A stretch of 64,000 bases of DNA, taken from the NCBI GenBank assembly GCA_964352085.1, contig CAYGPN010000002.1, forward strand, positions 9,545 through 73,544, written 5' to 3'. A program made the translations under genes and the position numbers. Shown here piece by piece: positions 58,913-64,000 of this stretch; position 1 is the stretch's first letter; the number at the start of each line of letters is the position of its first letter. The notes under the pieces are model-generated. The model saw only the letters and a list, made by a program, of their open reading frames with translations. It made no database searches and was not told the origin of the DNA. This DNA comes from an uncultured Gammaproteobacteria bacterium. Lineage in GTDB: Bacteria > Cyanobacteriota > Vampirovibrionia > LMEP-6097 > CAYGPN01.

Positions 58913-59935
58913 TTAAACAGATTGCGCTTCCATCGCTGCTGCTGCATCAAAAGTTGTGCCATCTTCAAAAGTAGCAGTCTTAGATCCAGTCAGGTCATAA
59001 CCCATAGTCTTAAGCTTAATCAATACTTCTTCAGCTGATTTCTTACCGAAGTTTTTGATGTTCATAAGCTCATGAGCTGTAAGTTTCAGAAGATCACCTA
59101 GAGAGTTAATATTTGCTCTCTTCAAGCAGTTGTAAGAACGAACAGAAAGTTCAAGTTCTTCAACACTGATTTGGTGAGCTTTATCTTCTTCTTGCTCAGG
59201 TGCTTCAGTTTCTTCTTCAGCAGTCTTAATAACGCCAACTTTCTGACCAGTATAGTCAACGATTGGGTTCATAAGCTCAATAAGCTGAGCTGCTGCTTGA
59301 CCAATAGCATCATTAATATCAATTGCGCCATTTGACCAAACATCAATAGTTAGTTTATCAAATTCAAAATTACTACCTGGAACAGTAGTAGGCTCAACTG
59401 TATAAGATACGTTTCTGATCGGCATGAAAACTGCATCAACAGGAACTACATCTACAGAAGCACTAACTTCATGTTCTTCACCAGGAATATAACCTTTACC
59501 TTTAGCAACAGTAATTTCCATACTAACTTTAGCGTCAGCTGACATATTAGCCACTATTAGATCTTTATTGATAATTTCAATCTCACTTGGGCACTCAATT
59601 TGAGCTGCAGTAAGTTGACCTTCACCAGAACCTTTAAGAGTCATGGTTTTAGGTTCATCACTGTGAAGCTTAACAACAAGCTGCTTCAAGTTAAGAATAA
59701 TATCTAAAATATCTTCTGAGACACCTTCAAGAGAAGCGAATTCGTGGTTAGCGCCATCAACTTTAACGTGAGTTACAGCAGCACCTTCGATTCTTGACAG
59801 TAAAATTCTGCGTATTGTATTTCCGATCGTGTGACCGAAACCTCTGTATAAAGGTTCTAAAACAAATTGACCATGCTTTGATCCATCTGCTGCAGTATCG
59901 CCTTCAACGCTTTTGATTTTCAATTCAATTGACAT
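58913..59935 (-). CDS. rpoA: DNA-directed RNA polymerase alpha subunit
   Basis: 340 aa with N-terminal dimerisation and C-terminal HhH domains. Confidence 0.9.
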   Translation of the reverse strand: MSIELKIKSVEGDTAADGSKHGQFVLEPLYRGFGHTIGNTIRRILLSRIEGAAVTHVKVDGANHEFASLEGVSEDILDIILNLKQLVVKLHSDEPKTMTLKGSGEGQLTAAQIECPSEIEIINKDLIVANMSADAKVSMEITVAKGKGYIPGEEHEVSASVDVVPVDAVFMPIRNVSYTVEPTTVPGSNFEFDKLTIDVWSNGAIDINDAIGQAAAQLIELMNPIVDYTGQKVGVIKTAEEETEAPEQEEDKAHQISVEELELSVRSYNCLKRANINSLGDLLKLTAHELMNIKNFGKKSAEEVLIKLKTMGYDLTGSKTATFEDGTTFDAAAAMEAQSV

Positions 59936-59961
59936 ATCTTGTTTGACTCCTTAGCTTTCGC

Positions 59962-60363
59962 TTATACTCTTCTCGGTTTTGGTGCTCTACAACCATTGTG
60001 AGGTAGAGGCGTCTTGTCTTTTATTGCTGTGATTCCAAGACCTGCATGTTGGATTGCTCTAACTGCAGTCTCGCGGCCTGCTCCAGGTCCCTTCACCCAA
60101 ACTTCTACTTTTTGCATACCGCAATCCATAGCTTTTTTAGCTGCTTCAGAAGCTGCTAACTGAGCTGCAAACGGTGTGCTTTTTTTAGATCCTTTAAATC
60201 CAACTGTACCAGCTGAACCCCAAGAAATAACTGCACCAGCAGCGTCAGTGATAGTTACAACAGTGTTATTAAATGTTGAGCTTATATGAACAACGCCAGT
60301 TGTTACGTTTTTTCTTTTAATCTTTTTCTTTACTTTTTTAGTTGCTTTACTTGGAGCTGCCAT
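59962..60363 (-). CDS. rpsK: 30S ribosomal protein S11
   Basis: 133 aa ending ...[13 protein letters not shown]. Confidence 0.9.
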   Translation of the reverse strand: MAAPSKATKKVKKKIKRKNVTTGVVHISSTFNNTVVTITDAAGAVISWGSAGTVGFKGSKKSTPFAAQLAASEAAKKAMDCGMQKVEVWVKGPGAGRETAVRAIQHAGLGITAIKDKTPLPHNGCRAPKPRRV

Positions 60364-60381
60364 AATCTATCCTTTTAAAAA

Positions 60382-60759
60382 TTACTTCTTAGTCGCCTTT
60401 TTCTTACCTGCGATAGCTGTCTTCTTACCTTTTCTACGAGTTCTAGAGTTTGTTTTAGTTCTCTGACCTCTAAGTGGAAGATTTCTGCGATGTCTTGTAC
60501 CTCTATAGCAGTTAATCTCAGTTAAACGCTTAATGTTCATCGCTGTTTCACGACGAAGATCACCCTCTAACTTAAGCTCAGTTAAAATGTCACGAAGCTT
60601 TGTAAGCTGCGCGTCATCAATATCATTTGCTCTTAAACTTTCATCAATACCAGCTTCCGCTAATATTTTCTTACTTGTTGTAAGTCCAATGCCATAAATG
60701 TAAGTCAATGCGATGACTATTCTTTTATTTGGTAAATCTACTCCGACTAATCTTGCCAT
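60382..60759 (-). CDS. rpsM: 30S ribosomal protein S13
   Basis: [25 protein letters not shown]; 125 aa. Confidence 0.9.
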   Translation of the reverse strand: MARLVGVDLPNKRIVIALTYIYGIGLTTSKKILAEAGIDESLRANDIDDAQLTKLRDILTELKLEGDLRRETAMNIKRLTEINCYRGTRHRRNLPLRGQRTKTNSRTRRKGKKTAIAGKKKATKK

Positions 60760-60777
60760 TATTTCTCTCTTTTAAAA

Positions 60778-60891
60778 CTATCCTTGTCTTTGCTTGTGCT
60801 TAGGGTTTTCACAGATAACCATTACTCGGCCACCTCTTTTAATGACCTTACACTTATCACAAATTTTCTTTACTGATGATCTTACTTTCAT
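60778..60891 (-). CDS. rpmJ: 50S ribosomal protein L36
   Basis: Hand-translated [37 protein letters not shown]. It is not in the ORF track because it is shorter than 60 aa. Confidence 0.8.
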   Translation of the reverse strand: MKVRSSVKKICDKCKVIKRGGRVMVICENPKHKQRQG

Positions 60892-60986
60892 TTTTCTCTG
60901 TCCTTAGGCTAGAAATCGCCTCAAACGAACCCTAAATCGTATCATATTGACATTCTGGGTATTTCGGCCTCTAAAAACTTTATTTT

Positions 60987-61301
60987 TTATTTTTCTTCTG
61001 GCTTTGATTCAGTCTCAGTAGCTGGTTCTGCTGGCTTTTCAACTGCTTGTGGAGCTTCATAACGCCCGCCATAAGATGGTCTTCTGTTGCCGATACGATA
61101 TGTAATACGACCTTTTGATAGATCATACGGTGTTAATTCCACCTTTACTCTATCGCCAGGAAGAATCTTAATATAGTGTTTGCGAATCTTACCAGAGATA
61201 TGGGCCAAAACTTGGTGACCATTATCCAGCTTCACAACAAACTTTGCTCCCTGAACCGTCTCTAATATTTCGCCTTCTGCTTCAATTACGTCTTTTGCCA
61301 A
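60987..61301 (-). CDS. infA: Translation initiation factor IF-1 with a ~30-aa C-terminal extension
   Basis: The S1-like core [61 protein letters not shown] is followed by the tail [33 protein letters not shown]. Confidence 0.85.
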   Translation of the reverse strand: MAKDVIEAEGEILETVQGAKFVVKLDNGHQVLAHISGKIRKHYIKILPGDRVKVELTPYDLSKGRITYRIGNRRPSYGGRYEAPQAVEKPAEPATETESKPEEK

Positions 61302-61370
61302 ATTTTTCCTCCTAAAATTCAGTTATACAGCTGAATTTTAGATTTCCAAGAGTAAATTCTACACTATCTG

Positions 61371-62207
61371 CTAGGCTTTAGCTTCTTCTAGAAGCGGCTT
61401 TAGAATGTCTCTGGTATTACGAGCATTAGTAATAACGTCTATACCATCTGCCTTAACAAGGACTGAGTGCTCGAAATGAGCTGAAGGTTTTTCATCAGCG
61501 GTCTTAATAGTCCACTTGTCTTTCATTTTCTTAACTTGTGACACGCCAATATTAAACATTGGCTCAATTGCTATTACCATTCCTGGCAAAATCTCAGAAT
61601 CAGGAATACTATCAAAATATCTAGAAAAATTAGGTATAAAAGGATCACAGTGATACTCAGGTCCTATCCCGTGACCGCCAAATTCCATGACATTTCCATA
61701 ATGGTTATCCATAGCCACTCTCTCTATAGCTTTTGAAATATCACTAATCATACAATTAGCCTTTAAAGCATCGATGCCTGACCATAAGCCAAGGTTAGTG
61801 TTGTAAAGTAACCTAGCTATTTTAGGTCTCACTTTGCCGCAAGGGAAAGTAAAAGCGTTATCACCTACATAAGTAAAATCTTTACCGTTAAATTTTTCAG
61901 TTACCGTGACACCCACATCAATACTTACAATATCGCCTTCCTTGAAAGGCTTATCATCTGGTATGCCATGCACAACATTCTCATTGACTGACATACATAA
62001 GGTAGCAGGGAAACCCATATAACCTTTAAAAGTAGGTATATGACCCTGATCTCTAATCCACTGTTCAGCAAAGTCATCAACTTCTTTAGAAGTGACGCCA
62101 GGCTTTACCATAGCTCCAGCCAAATGCAAGACTTCACCAGCAAGCTGACCAGCTTCTTTTATGGCGTCGTATTGACCGGGTTCAAAAATACAAACAGGAC
62201 CTGACAT
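61371..62207 (-). CDS. map: Methionine aminopeptidase type I
   Basis: Metal ligands in DIVSIDVG, HGIG and EPM contexts; 278 aa. Confidence 0.9.
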   Translation of the reverse strand: MSGPVCIFEPGQYDAIKEAGQLAGEVLHLAGAMVKPGVTSKEVDDFAEQWIRDQGHIPTFKGYMGFPATLCMSVNENVVHGIPDDKPFKEGDIVSIDVGVTVTEKFNGKDFTYVGDNAFTFPCGKVRPKIARLLYNTNLGLWSGIDALKANCMISDISKAIERVAMDNHYGNVMEFGGHGIGPEYHCDPFIPNFSRYFDSIPDSEILPGMVIAIEPMFNIGVSQVKKMKDKWTIKTADEKPSAHFEHSVLVKADGIDVITNARNTRDILKPLLEEAKA

Positions 62208-62230
62208 GCTTAAAAGGATAACATGTCTCT

Positions 62231-63172
62231 CTAGTTAAATTTGTAAGCAATTATTTTATAGATCAGCTTAGCCACCAAGAAATCAGGACCATGCATTTTA
62301 GGGATTGGCGCAAGCTCAACAATATCTGCGCCTATTAAGTTGTGAGCATTAATAGACTCACGAATAATATTAAGTGGCGTGTACCAATCAAGACCACCAG
62401 GCTCAGGTGTGCCAGTACTTGGCATAAGTGAAGAATCCAAACCATCTACATCAAAGGTGATGTAAAGGTTTTCATTATTAAAACTCTTTACTGCATTAAC
62501 TACTGTTTGCTGATTCCACGAATCACCAGCATAAACATTTTTGTTTTCGTCTTTAGCTTTAAATATTTTTATCTCATCATTAGGATTTCTGCCTTCAAGC
62601 GCTGTATCGTTCTGCCACTCACTCTCCAGCCATTTCACTTCGCCTTCTGAGATGTTACGAATACCAACAGAAACAATCTTAATGCCTGGGCAGTGTTTGT
62701 AAACTTGGTAAATTGCTGCAGCATGGCTGTAAGGATTACCCAAATACTCTTGACGAAGGTCAGCATGCGCATCAAAATGCAAAAGAGTTAGTCCTTTAGC
62801 ATTAGCTGTAGATTTTTTATAAGCTGCCTGTATAGGTCCTAGACTAAGGCTATGCTCGCCACCAAGCACAATTGGAAATTTTTTGTTTTCGTATGCGTGC
62901 GTGCAAATATCTTCTAAAGCTTTAAAAGGATGTTCTGTGTTTTTGTCTTGAAGCTCCATATCAACTGGCGCTAAAGTTTTAATGCCTAAAGTCGATGGAT
63001 CATAAGCACATTCATCATCATAAAATTCTAATTCTTGACTAGCTTCTATAGCTCCTTCAGGTCCTTTGTCTGTACCATGCCCGTAGCTAGTGGTTTTGTC
63101 ATAAGGACAAGGAATGATCTCCACCTTGTGGTCAGCAGGAAGATTATCATTAAAGTCACCAAAGCTTTTCAT
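62231..63172 (-). CDS. speB: Arginase/agmatinase/formiminoglutamase-family ureohydrolase
   Basis: GGEHSLS, DAHADL and DVDGLD metal-binding motifs; 313 aa. The substrate cannot be assigned from sequence. Confidence 0.7.
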   Translation of the reverse strand: MKSFGDFNDNLPADHKVEIIPCPYDKTTSYGHGTDKGPEGAIEASQELEFYDDECAYDPSTLGIKTLAPVDMELQDKNTEHPFKALEDICTHAYENKKFPIVLGGEHSLSLGPIQAAYKKSTANAKGLTLLHFDAHADLRQEYLGNPYSHAAAIYQVYKHCPGIKIVSVGIRNISEGEVKWLESEWQNDTALEGRNPNDEIKIFKAKDENKNVYAGDSWNQQTVVNAVKSFNNENLYITFDVDGLDSSLMPSTGTPEPGGLDWYTPLNIIRESINAHNLIGADIVELAPIPKMHGPDFLVAKLIYKIIAYKFN

Positions 63173-63180
63173 CAGAATAA

Positions 63181-64000
63181 TTATACTAAAGACGCCTCTT
63201 TCTTAAGACCTTCAATTAAAGAGATTGCCCTATTAGCTAAAAACTCATTTTTAAGTTTTTTACTTTTGCGAGTTTGCTTATCCATATCATCAGGATTAGT
63301 GTTTACTATGCCCCAATTTGAGTTCATAGGCTGAAAGTTTTTTGGATCCGCTGATGCTATATAGTTCGTTAATGCACCAAGCATAGTTTCTTTCGGTAGC
63401 ACAAAGCCAGTTTCTGACATAATTTCTGGAAAACCTAGCTCTTTTATGCTTTTGCCTTCTTCTTTAAAAATTTTAATTACTATATCTCTTGCTGCAATAA
63501 TTCCAGTTGCAGCAGATTCTGTGTAGCCCTCTACACCAGTCATTTGACCAGCAAAACTGATTTTAGGATTAGCGCGAAGCTCCATATTTGCATTCAGAAA
63601 ATCTGGGCTATTAATATAAATGTTTTGGTGCATCACACCGTAGCGAACTATATCTATATCCTTTAAGCCAGGGATCATAGAGAAGATTCTTTTTTGTTCG
63701 CCCCATTTTAAATTGGTTTGGAAACCAACCATGTTATAAAGCGAGCCAACCACATTGTCTTGGCGCAATTGTACTACAGCAACGGGTTTTTTCAGCCATT
63801 TATCTCTAATTTCTGTTTCGCCTGTTTTAGGATTTATGCGTTCTTCAGGCTCTATGTAACGCGGGTCTATCAAACCTACCGGTTTGAGTGGACCAAATTT
63901 CATAGTCTCTTTCCCGCGACTCGCTATCACTTCTATTGGAAGACAAGCCTCAAAGTATTTGCCTTTCTCAAAATCTTTTTGTTCAGCCCTTTCAGCATTA
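63181..64000 (-). CDS. trmFO: tRNA (uracil-5)-methyltransferase TrmFO (Gid), C-terminal part. The N-terminus lies beyond the right edge.
   Basis: [23 protein letters not shown] and [19 protein letters not shown] regions. The reading frame stays open upstream of the track's GTG at 63930 to the window end. Confidence 0.7.
   Translation of the reverse strand, partial: NAERAEQKDFEKGKYFEACLPIEVIASRGKETMKFGPLKPVGLIDPRYIEPEERINPKTGETEIRDKWLKKPVAVVQLRQDNVVGSLYNMVGFQTNLKWGEQKRIFSMIPGLKDIDIVRYGVMHQNIYINSPDFLNANMELRANPKISFAGQMTGVEGYTESAATGIIAARDIVIKIFKEEGKSIKELGFPEIMSETGFVLPKETMLGALTNYIASADPKNFQPMNSNWGIVNTNPDDMDKQTRKSKKLKNEFLANRAISLIEGLKKEASLV

Overview
This is an AT-rich bacterial chromosome segment, mid-30s % GC by eye, densely coded on both strands. 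No rRNA, tRNA, CRISPR array, transposase or integrase is recognisable.

Recognisable housekeeping genes:
- Biosynthesis and cofactors: nadD, proA, trxB, gmk, ilvC, coaE, folP, a trpD-family gene, speD and an agmatinase-family gene.
- Replication and translation: hisS, pheS, ruvA, ffh and atpD.
- The ribosomal alpha-operon end map-infA-rpmJ-rpsM-rpsK-rpoA-rplQ, followed by a partial trmFO.

Flagellar genes are present as fliL-fliM and flgB-flgC.

Envelope and export genes include:
- An S8 subtilisin.
- A lipoprotein FKBP.
- A LysM protein.
- An OppA-like binding protein.
- A prepilin-like protein.
- A NuoL/ND5-family membrane subunit.

Between these lie many lineage-specific proteins with low-complexity, coiled-coil, Lys-rich or His-rich sequence. 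These include a ~1600-aa Thr/Gly/Ala-rich secreted surface protein, a tandem pair of MORN-repeat paralogs, and a five-gene plus-strand islet carrying two pentapeptide-repeat proteins.

The strongest undescribed signals:
- A dispersed intergenic palindromic repeat family with seven copies. It is built on a perfect 22-bp palindrome, GAAGCAATCCATGGATTGCTTC, with GCTCGCAATGAC arms, and some copies carry tandem sub-repeats.
- A second two-copy intergenic repeat.
- The MORN paralog operon.
- The pentapeptide/coiled-coil effector-like islet.
- A candidate structured RNA upstream of a DegT-family aminotransferase.

The alpha-operon lacks rpsD between rpsK and rpoA. Together with the gene content, this argues against a classical proteobacterial arrangement. 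The taxon cannot be assigned from sequence alone.
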